Source: Patescibacteria group bacterium UBA4787
GTDB lineage: Bacteria; Patescibacteriota; Patescibacteriia; UBA2591; UBA4787
NCBI GenBank assembly: GCA_002402995.1
Contig: DHGX01000004.1
Location: forward strand, 155,670 to 219,669
DNA length: 64,000 nt
Direction of reading: 5' to 3'
Numbering within the stretch: the first letter of the stretch is position 1; every line of letters begins with the position of its first letter. The notes beneath the pieces were generated by a model, which saw nothing but the letters and a program-made list of their open reading frames with translations, did not search any database and was not told where the DNA came from. Made by a program: the position numbers and the translations under genes. Below, piece after piece: positions 1 to 9,834 of this stretch.

Positions 1-273
1 CCAAATAATATCTAGAGGAAACTTCATTTCGTTCATCCAAAATTTATAAAGGCTATTTTTGGGAAAAATAAAAATCATGCCCTGATTCTCCGCTAAGCTT
101 TGCCGGCCGGAAAGCCCCTTGCCCAATTTATAGGGCGTATCGGCGACATCAACTAAAATAATCTTGTCTTTTATGACAATGGTCGCTTTTTCGTATTTAT
201 TAATTTTAAAAATACAGCCGGCCAAAAACAAGCAAGCCAAAAATAATAAAATTATATAAGTTCGTTTAATCAT
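1..273 (-). CDS. DUF192-family (COG1430-like) lipoprotein, 5' part only; the gene runs off the window start
   Basis: Minus-strand translation from ATG at 273: MIKRTYIILLFLACLFLAGC (lipobox) ... GMIFIFPKNSLYKFWMNEMKFPLDIIW, matching the DUF192 signature. Its start overlaps the mraY-like stop as ATGA. Confidence 0.5.
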   Translation of the reverse strand, partial: MIKRTYIILLFLACLFLAGCIFKINKYEKATIVIKDKIILVDVADTPYKLGKGLSGRQSLAENQGMIFIFPKNSLYKFWMNEMKFPLDIIW

Positions 274-1367
274 ATTTTTTTAGCAAGACTGGCCAAAATA
301 ATCACAAAAAACATTATAATAAAAATAATGATCAGAGTAATAATTTTGATAGTTGTCGAAGGAGCAAACAAAGAAACGACGCCGAAACACAGAGAAACAA
401 GAGAATAAAACAAAACAATCTTTTTTTGTGACCAACCTAAATTTAATAGTCGAAAATGCAAATGATCTGTGCCGCCCTTGAAAGGAAAACTTTTATCAAC
501 GAATAAGCGTTTAATAAAAATCCAAAATAAATCGATAACCGCGATAGCCACCACCATTAAGGCAGTAGCTATTTTCCCGCCCGAAATAATAGCCAATAGG
601 CCCAACATAAATCCGGCGAATAAACTTCCGCTTTCGCCAAGAAAAATTTTCGCTGGATGGAAATTAAAAAACAGGAAACCTAAAAATGAGCCAGCGGCGA
701 TTAAAGACAAAACACCAACGTCTGGCTGTAGAAATTTAGTAAAAGCACAAAGAGCGAAAATAATTAAAAACCCCACAACGCTCAAGCTGGAAACCAGACC
801 GTCCAAACCATCGAGTAATTTAGTAGAATACATTAAAACCATTAACCAAATTAAAGTAAAAATATCGGCCGGCCAAGTAAAATACAAAGGGAATCCGTGC
901 CATCGTAAAATTTCTAATCTTGTTAAATCTAAGTGCCAATAGCCCGCGCCAATCGGATTATTAATATAGTGTATGCCGATGCCAGACATAATAATAACTA
1001 AACAAGATAAAAATGGAAAAATAATTTGTTGATACGGTTTGAGTTTATATTTGTCGTCTAAAAATCCGCCGACCATTAAAATACACGTGGCGGCAAAAAC
1101 CCCCCAAAGATTTTTATCAGTAACTGGGTTATAAATTTTAATCGGCCACCAACCAAAAATTTTAACCAACAATAAAGTTGAAAAAAACGCTAAAAATATC
1201 GCGAATCCACCCAATAAAGGGATAACTTGCTGATGTATTTTTCTTTCCGGCGCCAAAGACGGATCGTCAACAATTTTATGCCGCCAAGCCAGCTTTTTGA
1301 TTAAAGGCGTGACAATAACAGCCAAAAACAGACTGATAAAAAAAATGAATATATACGTCGATAACAT
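270..1367 (-). CDS. Glycosyltransferase family 4 polyprenyl-phosphate sugar-1-phosphate transferase (MraY/WecA family)
   Basis: 10-11 TM helices; RKIHQQVIPLLGG motif typical of WecA/MraY-type transferases. Confidence 0.65.
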   Translation of the reverse strand: MLSTYIFIFFISLFLAVIVTPLIKKLAWRHKIVDDPSLAPERKIHQQVIPLLGGFAIFLAFFSTLLLVKIFGWWPIKIYNPVTDKNLWGVFAATCILMVGGFLDDKYKLKPYQQIIFPFLSCLVIIMSGIGIHYINNPIGAGYWHLDLTRLEILRWHGFPLYFTWPADIFTLIWLMVLMYSTKLLDGLDGLVSSLSVVGFLIIFALCAFTKFLQPDVGVLSLIAAGSFLGFLFFNFHPAKIFLGESGSLFAGFMLGLLAIISGGKIATALMVVAIAVIDLFWIFIKRLFVDKSFPFKGGTDHLHFRLLNLGWSQKKIVLFYSLVSLCFGVVSLFAPSTTIKIITLIIIFIIMFFVIILASLAKKI

Positions 1368-1373
1368 AATAAA

Positions 1374-1760
1374 CTACAATCGATTAAAAAAGTCATCTAA
1401 AACAATTGCGGCAGCCGAAGCGTGGCTATGTTCTTGAAAAGCATCTAAACGTTCGGCCATTTGACTGGTCAAACGTTCATCAATAACGTGTATTTTTTTT
1501 GGCAACAGAGCTTTTTTTAATTTTTCAATAAATTCATCGGTTAATTCCGTTTGTTCTGTGATTTTATTTTCTAAACTAACAGGTCGACCAACTACGACTT
1601 CGTCTATTTTTTGATTTTCGATAAAATTAATGATTTCTTTTATAGCTGAATCATTTTTATCATTATCTAATTCGCCAGCCGGCATAGCTATTTTTAATTC
1701 GCTATCGCCTATTGCCAGACCAATATGTTTTAACCCGTAATCAATGCCTAAAATTTTCAT
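1374..1760 (-). CDS. ruvX: Holliday-junction resolvase-like / pre-16S rRNA nuclease YqgF (RuvX)
   Basis: MKILGIDYGLKHIGLAIGD N-terminus, ~128 aa. Confidence 0.8.
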   Translation of the reverse strand: MKILGIDYGLKHIGLAIGDSELKIAMPAGELDNDKNDSAIKEIINFIENQKIDEVVVGRPVSLENKITEQTELTDEFIEKLKKALLPKKIHVIDERLTSQMAERLDAFQEHSHASAAAIVLDDFFNRL

Positions 1761-2552
1761 TTAACTATTCACTTTAATTTCTTCTATTGGCAAATTAATT
1801 TTAAGCCACTCCTTGGATAAATTACCAAAGTTGCCGCTTATGTCAGATACGTACAATTTATGATTTTGCCCTTTTGTTAATTTGCCAGCCAAGCCAGGAT
1901 CTTCCTCGATCATTTTTTTCAATTTTAAAACTATTTCTGTTGAAGGATCAATAATGTTAACGTGTTTACCAATTTTTAATTTGATTATATTTCTGACAAA
2001 AGGATAATGCGTACAACCTAATATTAAAGTGTCTATTTGTTGTTGTTTTAATGACCAGAGATATTTTCTAATGATTCTCTTAAGCTCAACTGATTTTAAC
2101 TGCCCTTCTTCAATAAAAGGGACCAAAAGCGGAGCGGATTGCGCAAAAACTTTAATAGATTTGTCGTGTTCGGCAATTAAGCGCTGATAAATTCCACTAT
2201 TAACCGTGGCGCGCGTGCCCAAAATGCCTATTTTTTTATTTTTAGTCGCTTTAATCGCCCGCTCCACCGCCGGCGTTACCACCTCTAAAATCGGCACGGG
2301 CGACTTTTTGATTAATTCATCAAAAGCCACAGCCGAAACCGTATTGCAAGCCACCACCACGAGCTTAACGCCTATTTTCAATAAAATATTTAAATCCTCT
2401 AAGGCGTACTTTTTGATTGTTTCCGTCCCGCGTCCACCATACGGCGTTCTGGCCGTATCACCAAAATAAACCACCTGATAATCAGGCAGGTATTCAAAAA
2501 TCTTTTTCACTACGGTTAACCCTCCGAGTCCGGAGTCAAAAACACCGATCAT
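1761..2552 (-). CDS. murI: Glutamate racemase
   Basis: GVFDSGLGGLTV and GCTHYP motifs. Confidence 0.85.
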   Translation of the reverse strand: MIGVFDSGLGGLTVVKKIFEYLPDYQVVYFGDTARTPYGGRGTETIKKYALEDLNILLKIGVKLVVVACNTVSAVAFDELIKKSPVPILEVVTPAVERAIKATKNKKIGILGTRATVNSGIYQRLIAEHDKSIKVFAQSAPLLVPFIEEGQLKSVELKRIIRKYLWSLKQQQIDTLILGCTHYPFVRNIIKLKIGKHVNIIDPSTEIVLKLKKMIEEDPGLAGKLTKGQNHKLYVSDISGNFGNLSKEWLKINLPIEEIKVNS

Positions 2553-2633
2553 ATAAATTAGAATTTAGAATTTATAAAATAGAACATAAAAAATGAAATA
2601 TAAAAAGTTGAAACTAATTACAATGTATATCGT

Positions 2634-3398
2634 TTATTTTCTGGCTACGCAGACTATATTTCTACCGTTTATAATCTTTTCAATCTTAAAACCAGCAGCA
2701 ACTAATAGTTCCATTAATTCTTTCTGGGTAAAAACATAATAATAGCGGTAGATTATTTCTCCGTTACCGATTTTCCATGGTATTAAAAAATCACGTAAGC
2801 CTGATCCTTCATATAATTGAGGATTCTTAACTCTTTGAGTCGCTTGCTCTAAAATGCGCTCTGAGTTCACTAAATTCCAAACCGAACAAATAAACAGACC
2901 GCCCGGCCTCAAAACTCTAAAACATTCTTTAAGAGACTTTAATCTTAATTCGGCAGACGGCAAATGATGTAAAACCGCGATATAAAAAATAATATCAAAA
3001 AAATTGTCTTCTAATTTAAGGTCTGTGACTTCGCCTTCGCAGCAACAGATTTCCGGATATTTTTCTTTGGTTATATTCAACAAAGACTTACAGCTATCCA
3101 CGCCTAAATATTCGGCATTATGTTTCTTAATAATTGGATAAAGACGAGCATTGCCGCAGCCCAAATCTAAAATTTTCATTTCCGATTTAACATGTTCTTC
3201 GGCTAAAATCTCTACTTCCGGCCAATTCAAAAAACGAGAAGCAGAAAATTCTACCGCCAATCTTTCATAATCTTTTTTATTTTTTTCTAAAATCTTATTG
3301 GTCAATTCCTCTCTCATGGGCGGAGTAATTTTCTTCGGCCAAGCTGATTTTATATAATTTTTAATGTTTTCTGTGTTTTTAAATATAGACATAAACAT
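2634..3398 (-). CDS. Class I SAM-dependent methyltransferase
   Basis: LDLGCGNARL motif I; post-I acidic residue. Confidence 0.6.
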   Translation of the reverse strand: MFMSIFKNTENIKNYIKSAWPKKITPPMREELTNKILEKNKKDYERLAVEFSASRFLNWPEVEILAEEHVKSEMKILDLGCGNARLYPIIKKHNAEYLGVDSCKSLLNITKEKYPEICCCEGEVTDLKLEDNFFDIIFYIAVLHHLPSAELRLKSLKECFRVLRPGGLFICSVWNLVNSERILEQATQRVKNPQLYEGSGLRDFLIPWKIGNGEIIYRYYYVFTQKELMELLVAAGFKIEKIINGRNIVCVARK

Positions 3399-3420
3399 AA
3401 ATTCACTTTAGAATAAACCT

Positions 3421-5058
3421 GTGCTTTCGTCAATGTTAGAAAAAATTATAAAAAAAATCATCAAATCTCGTCCGCAAACAGCTGAAGGGCTAATTAAAAT
3501 AAAAAGGGAGACGAGTAACAAATTAAAAATTCCTGCTCCGTCTAACATTGAACTTATTGAAAAATTAAAATCTTATAAACAAACCAAGAATACTCGACAA
3601 ATCATTAAACTTTTACGCCGTCACCCAGTACGAACTTTGTCTGGCATTGCAAGCGTGGCGGTTTTGACCAAACCCTGGCCGTGCCCCGGCAAATGCATTT
3701 ATTGTCCCGAAGAAAAAAATATCCCCAAGAGCTATTTATCAGGCGAACCGGCGGTTGATCGCGCCAAAGCTTTAAAATTTAACCCCTATTTACAAGTCGC
3801 AAAACGCATAGAAATTCTAGAAAAAAACGGCCACCCAACCGACAAAATTGAATTAATCGTTATCGGCGGCACATGGAGCTGCTTACCATTAAAATATCAA
3901 AATTATTTTATCAAGCGTTGTTTTGATGGCGCCAATCAAAAAACCAGCAAAAATCTGTCGCTGGCGCAAAAATTAAACGAGAAAGCTAAACATAGAATTG
4001 TCGGCTTAACATTGGAAACCCGCCCAGATTTTATTACATCAAAAGAAATAAAACGCATGCGTCAACTTGGCTGTACACGCGTAGAAATAGGAGTCCAAAG
4101 CATTGATGATAAAATTTTAGAATTTAACCAACGCGGCATAACCACCGAGCAAGTCACCGAAATTACTGAATTATTAAAAAACGCTGGTTTTAAAATTTGC
4201 TATCACATGATGCCCGGACTACCTAAATCTTCACCCCAAAAAGATTATAAAATTTTTAAACAATTATTCAACGATGAAAGATTTCAACCGGATATGTTAA
4301 AAATTTATCCGTGCGTCGTAACAAAAGGCTCAAAATTATATAAAATTTGGCAAGCCAAAAAATTTATTCCTTATAATGACAATAAGTTAATTGATTTACT
4401 GGTAAAAATAAAAAGGGAAATTATTCCGCCCTACGTGAGAATTATGCGTCTTTTCCGCGATATCCCCTCTAATCTTATAGAGGGCGGGACAAAAATATCC
4501 AATTTGCGCGAAGTTATTTTAGAAAAATTAAAAAAACAAGGCGCAGAATGTCAATGTATACATTGTCGAGAGATTAGAAATGAACCGTTCGAATCATTTA
4601 AGAATATCAAATTGGTTAATAGAATATATCGTGCTTCTGGCGGCAGAGAAATATTTCTTTCTTTTGAAGATACCAGAAAAAACCCCAGTAGTAGAGCCTC
4701 GACAAGAGCTTCGAATGGGCTCAGCCGAACGTCCTCGGTTCACTACGGGGCAGGTAAACTAGTCGCTTTTTTAAGATTGCGGTTGCCGCCAAAAAACAAA
4801 AAAAATATATTTAACGTTCTTAAAAATTCTGCCTTAATCCGGGAAATTCATACTTATGGCCAGATGACATCTATCGGCAAAAAGTCGTCCAACGCTCAAC
4901 ATTTAAAATTCGGCCAAAGATTAATTCGAGAAAGCGAGAAAATCGCTCTAAAAAATGGTTATCGAAAAATGACCATTATCGCTGGTATAGGCGTTCGCCA
5001 ATATTTTAAAAAGTTCGGCTATCGCCTTAGCCAAACCTATATGATAAAAAATATATAA
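3421..5058 (+). CDS. ELP3-like radical SAM protein with C-terminal GNAT acetyltransferase domain
   Basis: CPGKCIYCP radical-SAM cysteine motif; ELP3-family core; C-terminal GNAT-like region. Carries an in-frame GC-rich insertion at ~4683-4755. Confidence 0.7.
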   Translation: MLSSMLEKIIKKIIKSRPQTAEGLIKIKRETSNKLKIPAPSNIELIEKLKSYKQTKNTRQIIKLLRRHPVRTLSGIASVAVLTKPWPCPGKCIYCPEEKNIPKSYLSGEPAVDRAKALKFNPYLQVAKRIEILEKNGHPTDKIELIVIGGTWSCLPLKYQNYFIKRCFDGANQKTSKNLSLAQKLNEKAKHRIVGLTLETRPDFITSKEIKRMRQLGCTRVEIGVQSIDDKILEFNQRGITTEQVTEITELLKNAGFKICYHMMPGLPKSSPQKDYKIFKQLFNDERFQPDMLKIYPCVVTKGSKLYKIWQAKKFIPYNDNKLIDLLVKIKREIIPPYVRIMRLFRDIPSNLIEGGTKISNLREVILEKLKKQGAECQCIHCREIRNEPFESFKNIKLVNRIYRASGGREIFLSFEDTRKNPSSRASTRASNGLSRTSSVHYGAGKLVAFLRLRLPPKNKKNIFNVLKNSALIREIHTYGQMTSIGKKSSNAQHLKFGQRLIRESEKIALKNGYRKMTIIAGIGVRQYFKKFGYRLSQTYMIKNI

Positions 5059-5077
5059 ATCACCAGTCTTTCGAATT

Positions 5078-6376
5078 TTAGGTTTTATCGCCCCACATTG
5101 AATCCTGTCTAACTAAAAGATTCTTAGCGCGTTGCGGTTCGGCCATTATTGCTTGCACAATTTTTTCCATTCTCGCGCCTTGTGAACCCTTAACCAATAT
5201 TATATCTCCTTTTTTAATATTGTTTTTCAAAAATTCAATCGCCTCTGATTGTTGCTCAAAAGATAAAGTCTTTTTTAAATTTTCTTTATTTTTTTGGGCA
5301 CCCTCGGCAATTTCTTTGGCTAATTTGCCAACCGTAATCAAAAGATCTATATCATTAATAAATTCAGACTTGCCGACATTTAGATGGTATTCTGCGCTAT
5401 TCCTTCCTAATTCCAACATATCGCCTAGAACAGCGATTCTCCTAGCCTGAGGCGATTTTTCAATTTCTAACAAATTACTAAGCGCCGCTTCTGTTGCTGT
5501 GGGAGAAGCATTATAAGTATCATCAATAACCAAACTTTGATTGATCCCCGCGATAGGATTCATTCTTCCTTTGACTGCCGCGCATTTACCGCAAGATTCA
5601 GAAATTTCGATAAGATTCAAATCAAAGATAACACCGACTGCGACCGCCGCAAGAACGGCGTAAACCTGTGAACGCGAAATTATTTTAGGCAGAAAAATTG
5701 GAACCACACTGCCATGATGCTGTATTTTCATTCGTATACCATTAATTTTTGTTGTATCATCTTCTATCCGTTGGTCCAATTCGTATTCCATTATCCTAAC
5801 ATCCGCTCTTTCCGAAAAACCAAAACTTATAATCTTAACCTTAATGTGTTCTTTCATGCCCCAGGCCAAATCATCGTCGGCATTAAGAACTGCCCAACCA
5901 GATAACGGCAAAGAAGCAACTAATAATTGTTTTTCTCTAACAATATTTTCTATTGAACCAAAAAATTCTAAATGCGTGGGGGCAATAGCGGTTATAACAC
6001 CGATTTCCGGCTGAACAATGGTGTGCAAATATTTCATATCGCCCGAACGATCCACGCCCATTTCTAAAACTAGAATTTTTGGATAAGAAATTTCTCGAAA
6101 AATTAAACCACCCCAAGCCATCCAGAAAACTCTTAGCCAGCCGGCCAAAGATTTGCCCGGCGACAAACGTCCTAAAATGGTTAGAGGCACGCCTAATTCA
6201 TTGTTATAATTTTTAATCGTCCGCCTAACCTCGAAGTAATCTTTTAAAATCGCGTATATCATTTCTTTGCTTGAAGATTTACCGATGCTTCCCGTAATGC
6301 CAATAACTCTTGGGTGATATTTCTTTATAAATTTTTGGGCTAAATTTTTTAGCCAGAAACGTATTAATTTTTTCAT
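5078..6376 (-). CDS. murF: Mur ligase, most likely UDP-MurNAc-tripeptide--D-Ala-D-Ala ligase MurF
   Basis: GITGSIGKSS P-loop of Mur ligases; position in dcw cluster. Confidence 0.7.
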   Translation of the reverse strand: MKKLIRFWLKNLAQKFIKKYHPRVIGITGSIGKSSSKEMIYAILKDYFEVRRTIKNYNNELGVPLTILGRLSPGKSLAGWLRVFWMAWGGLIFREISYPKILVLEMGVDRSGDMKYLHTIVQPEIGVITAIAPTHLEFFGSIENIVREKQLLVASLPLSGWAVLNADDDLAWGMKEHIKVKIISFGFSERADVRIMEYELDQRIEDDTTKINGIRMKIQHHGSVVPIFLPKIISRSQVYAVLAAVAVGVIFDLNLIEISESCGKCAAVKGRMNPIAGINQSLVIDDTYNASPTATEAALSNLLEIEKSPQARRIAVLGDMLELGRNSAEYHLNVGKSEFINDIDLLITVGKLAKEIAEGAQKNKENLKKTLSFEQQSEAIEFLKNNIKKGDIILVKGSQGARMEKIVQAIMAEPQRAKNLLVRQDSMWGDKT

Positions 6377-6671
6377 ATGCGATAGACGTTAATATTCCAA
6401 CTTATACCCCGTAATACAACTTCGACTGGGCCGACTATCATCGGCCCAAAAAAGACCCGGGAGAATTTTGTTAGTTAGATTGATAAACCCCGTTAGAGAT
6501 TTAAAATTAAATATATTTAGGAGATTGACAAGAGCCGTGAGGCGGCTTTGCCTTAGTTGGGCGACAAAAGATAGTCTCGGCTGAATCTCTAACGGGGTAA
6601 ACATAAATACTTACTAAGACCTAAAAAATTATGAAAAATATCGAAGATGATATACGGGGTATGCTGATTGA

Positions 6672-8408
6672 TCATTTTCTATTGGGCGGTATCTGATAAT
6701 AGTTTAATGCAAATTTAGCGAATTTGCCAAATATCGGAGCAGCTGTAGATTCGGCGAAGTTTCCTATTTTTGGATTTATTATCTTAACTACTCCTACAAA
6801 AACCGGATTTTCTGCGGGCGCAAAACCCACAAAAGAATGAATCGTTTCTTCGGAATAACCGCCAGACTTATTAGGAACTTGAGCGGTGCCAGTTTTCCCG
6901 GCAACATAATAACCGGGCACTCTAGCTAATATGCCATAACCGTTCTCCAAGACAGACACCATCATCGCCCCCAAAGTCTTAGCAGTCTCCGGCGTAATGA
7001 CTTGCCTAATAAAATAGGGTTGAGTCATCTCTTCTTTCCCTTCGGGACTAATAATTTTCGCTAATAAATACGGTTTATATAATTTACCTTTGTTGGCGAT
7101 AGCGGAAATAGCCGTAGCTAATTGAATAGGGGTGACCGATATGCCCTGACCGAATGAAGCAGTGGCTAAATAAATATCGCTATTCTTTTCTAAATTGCTA
7201 ATATCGCCCGTAGTCTCGTTAGGTTGTTCTATCTCGGTTAAAGAACCAAAACTAAAATCTTTAACATAAGAACGAAAAAGACTATACCCTAATAACCTGG
7301 CCGCGAAAACCGCCCCTGTGTTTAAAGATTTTTCCAGGACATTAGTCATTGTTTTGGTGCCGTACGCTTTTTTGTCAGAATTCCTAATAGTATAATTGCC
7401 AATTTTAACTTCGCCTGTGTCTTCATAGGTGGTATCGGGTTCAAGTTTATTAGCATCTAAAGCGGCAGCCATGGTAATAACTTTAAAAATTGATCCTGGT
7501 TCAAATGCGTCTGAAGCGGCAACATCTAAAAAATCATGATAATTTTTAGTTTTATTGTATTGATTTGAATCAAAATTAGGATAATTACATAAAGCCAATA
7601 CAGCGCCATTTTTAGGATTCATAATAATCGCCGTTCCCCCTTCGGCTCGAGAATCTTTTATGCCCTCTAATAAATCTTTGCAAACCACATATTGCAACGA
7701 CCTATCAATTGTAAGAATTAAATTACTGCCATCTTTGGCTTGTTTTATGGTTTTGGCTGAATCTAAAATAGAAACCTTGCCGGGCGCATATTCACTTCTT
7801 AATAATCCATTTTCTCCCGCGAGTTGTTTATCAAAAAATTCTTCTACGCCATATAAGCCCTGTCGTTTATCGTCTTTTGTGCCTACAAAACCGATTAAAT
7901 GGCTAAATATTTCTCCTTCGGAATAATATCTTTTGAAACCTTCTTCTGTCGTAATGCCAGGCAAATTTAATTCTTTGATTTGTTTGGCTAAATCGTAACC
8001 TATATCTCTCTTTAATAATTCATAATAATCTATGCGTTTTGATAATCTTGATTTCAGTTCATTAAATTCTTTAGAATTTTCATCTTGAATTCCTAAAAAT
8101 CCAGCAACGATCTTGGTTGTTGAAGCGACGTCTTTTATTTCGGCGGGAATGGCGATGAGATTATAATTATTTATATTTACCGCCAGGGGGAAATTATTAT
8201 AATCTTCGATTGTTCCACGTTTCGCTTCTAAGATACGATCTTCTCCTTGTCGATAAAGAGCTAAAGTATTGTAATATGGATGTTTGATTATCTGTAAATA
8301 AAATAGTCGGGTAATGATTATAAAACCTAAAATAAAAATAACCGCCGATAAGAAAAAGATTCTTTTATTGCTTTCTGTAAAGAAATATTCGCGGTTATTC
8401 ATATTCAA
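6672..8408 (-). CDS. ftsI: Penicillin-binding protein transpeptidase (FtsI/PBP2-like)
   Basis: N-terminal TM anchor, GSIFK (SxxK), SLN, KTGTA motifs; dcw context. Confidence 0.8.
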   Translation of the reverse strand: MNMNNREYFFTESNKRIFFLSAVIFILGFIIITRLFYLQIIKHPYYNTLALYRQGEDRILEAKRGTIEDYNNFPLAVNINNYNLIAIPAEIKDVASTTKIVAGFLGIQDENSKEFNELKSRLSKRIDYYELLKRDIGYDLAKQIKELNLPGITTEEGFKRYYSEGEIFSHLIGFVGTKDDKRQGLYGVEEFFDKQLAGENGLLRSEYAPGKVSILDSAKTIKQAKDGSNLILTIDRSLQYVVCKDLLEGIKDSRAEGGTAIIMNPKNGAVLALCNYPNFDSNQYNKTKNYHDFLDVAASDAFEPGSIFKVITMAAALDANKLEPDTTYEDTGEVKIGNYTIRNSDKKAYGTKTMTNVLEKSLNTGAVFAARLLGYSLFRSYVKDFSFGSLTEIEQPNETTGDISNLEKNSDIYLATASFGQGISVTPIQLATAISAIANKGKLYKPYLLAKIISPEGKEEMTQPYFIRQVITPETAKTLGAMMVSVLENGYGILARVPGYYVAGKTGTAQVPNKSGGYSEETIHSFVGFAPAENPVFVGVVKIINPKIGNFAESTAAPIFGKFAKFALNYYQIPPNRK

Positions 8409-8491
8409 AACTATTTCGAAACTTAATCCGCCAACCGGCGAAACCGTCCGGTGAATTAAAGTCTATATCACAGATCTATATAAATCTTTAT

Positions 8492-8578
8492 TTATTATCA
8501 AGCGAACGAGTGAAATGAAAAACGAAGTTTTTTATTTCCGACCTGTCTCGCCGACGCGAGTCAAGGCGGGGCGAGCGA
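8492..8578 (+). repeat. Repeat family A copy 1, between ftsL and ftsI
   Basis: TTATTATCAAGCGAGCGAGCGAAATGAAAAACGAAGTTTTTTATTTCCGACCTGTCTCGCCGACGCGAGTCAAGGCGGGGCGAGCG. Confidence 0.7.
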
Positions 8579-8591
8579 AGATAACACAGAG

Positions 8592-8942
8592 TTAATACTC
8601 TTTATTTTGCGCAACAGCAGCAATGCCGTCTTTTACATAATCAAGCGCCTTCGCCTCAACTAAATTTAATTTTTGGGCGTCCACGGCTATGTTTTCAATA
8701 GATTTAGTCCGCGACAATTCAATAATAATATTCTGATTATCTGCTATTAATTCTTTGGTTCTTCCATCCAAACTGCGCATAACGTATCCAGCCGAAGCTA
8801 TGCGATTAGCCTGAAAAAGATAAAACCCGAGAAAAATTACAAAACAACCGATAAACAATAAATTAATCTTTTTATAAAACGAATTAGTTAGGCCTAGAAA
8901 ATTGGATTTTAACCCCCCATTGCCCTGATAATATTTTGTCAT
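8592..8942 (-). CDS. Small bitopic cell-division protein (FtsL-like)
   Basis: Single TM, 116 aa, located between rsmH and ftsI. Confidence 0.45.
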   Translation of the reverse strand: MTKYYQGNGGLKSNFLGLTNSFYKKINLLFIGCFVIFLGFYLFQANRIASAGYVMRSLDGRTKELIADNQNIIIELSRTKSIENIAVDAQKLNLVEAKALDYVKDGIAAVAQNKEY

Positions 8943-9832
8943 ATTTTTTCTATTATTCTTAATTTAGCGCTTCTCGCTCGACGATTGATCACGATTTCTT
9001 CGCGAGAAGGAATAATCGGTTTTTTATTAATAATTTTTAAAGATTCATTATTTTTAAATTTATTTTTGACTATTCTGTCCTCTAAAGAATGATAAGAGAT
9101 AACTGCTAATCGCCCATTTTTATTTAAAATGTCGATTGCTTGATCAATAGCCGAAAAAAGATTATCCAATTCATGATTAACTGCGATTCTAAGGGCTTGA
9201 AAAACCTTAGTGGCCGGATTTATTTTATTACGAATCGGCAACGCTTTTTTAATGATCTCCACTAATTCACCCGTGGTAAAAATCTTTTGTTTTTGACGAG
9301 TCGACACAATCGCCCTCGCAATTCTTCTTGATCGTCTTTCTTCTCCGTAGCGATAAAAAATATCAGCGAGCTGTTCTTGTTTTAAACCATTAATTAAATC
9401 TGCTGCGGTCGGAATGTCGGCACGATCGTCAAAACGCATATCTAACTTTTCGTTGCGCAAAAATGAAAAACCTCTCCCAGAAGACTCAAGTAAGTCGGAT
9501 GATAATCCCAGGTCAAACAAGATTCCGCCTACCTCGTGAAAATTATTATCTTCGACGATGCGTTTTAGATTCACAAAATTATCACGGACTAAAATTAGTC
9601 TTTTTTCTAAATCGCGCCCTTTGATATGGGACGAAATTATTTTTAAAGATTCGTCCGAGGCATCTATTCCCAAAACCTTTCCGAAGGGCGCTGTTTTTTC
9701 TAAAATAGATAACGTGTGTCCGGCACCGCCCAGAGTGCAATCAATAAAATTTTTATTCGGTTGAGGATTTAGAAATTCGATTGTTTCTTTTAAAAGAACG
9801 GGCGTATGAAAAGAGATGTTGTTCATAATCAA
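8939..9832 (-). CDS. rsmH: 16S rRNA (cytosine1402-N4)-methyltransferase
   Basis: HTPVLLKETIEFL N-terminus; SAM-binding GGAGHT. Confidence 0.85.
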   Translation of the reverse strand: MIMNNISFHTPVLLKETIEFLNPQPNKNFIDCTLGGAGHTLSILEKTAPFGKVLGIDASDESLKIISSHIKGRDLEKRLILVRDNFVNLKRIVEDNNFHEVGGILFDLGLSSDLLESSGRGFSFLRNEKLDMRFDDRADIPTAADLINGLKQEQLADIFYRYGEERRSRRIARAIVSTRQKQKIFTTGELVEIIKKALPIRNKINPATKVFQALRIAVNHELDNLFSAIDQAIDILNKNGRLAVISYHSLEDRIVKNKFKNNESLKIINKKPIIPSREEIVINRRARSAKLRIIEKI

Positions 9833-9834
9833 TT

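Noticed and set aside
469-942. 157-aa plus-strand ORF inside the mraY-like gene, and other antisense ORFs in the track (for example 2206-2469, 7660-7926, 14143-14685, 24927-25388, 47886-48711)
   Set aside because: They are antisense to well-supported genes and have low-complexity, Lys/Asn-rich or otherwise atypical composition. They are artefacts of AT-rich or GC-patch sequence.
6389-6604. 71-aa minus-strand ORF in the ftsI-murF spacer
   Set aside because: It spans the nested inverted repeats. It has no SD and an atypical composition, and is more likely structured non-coding DNA.
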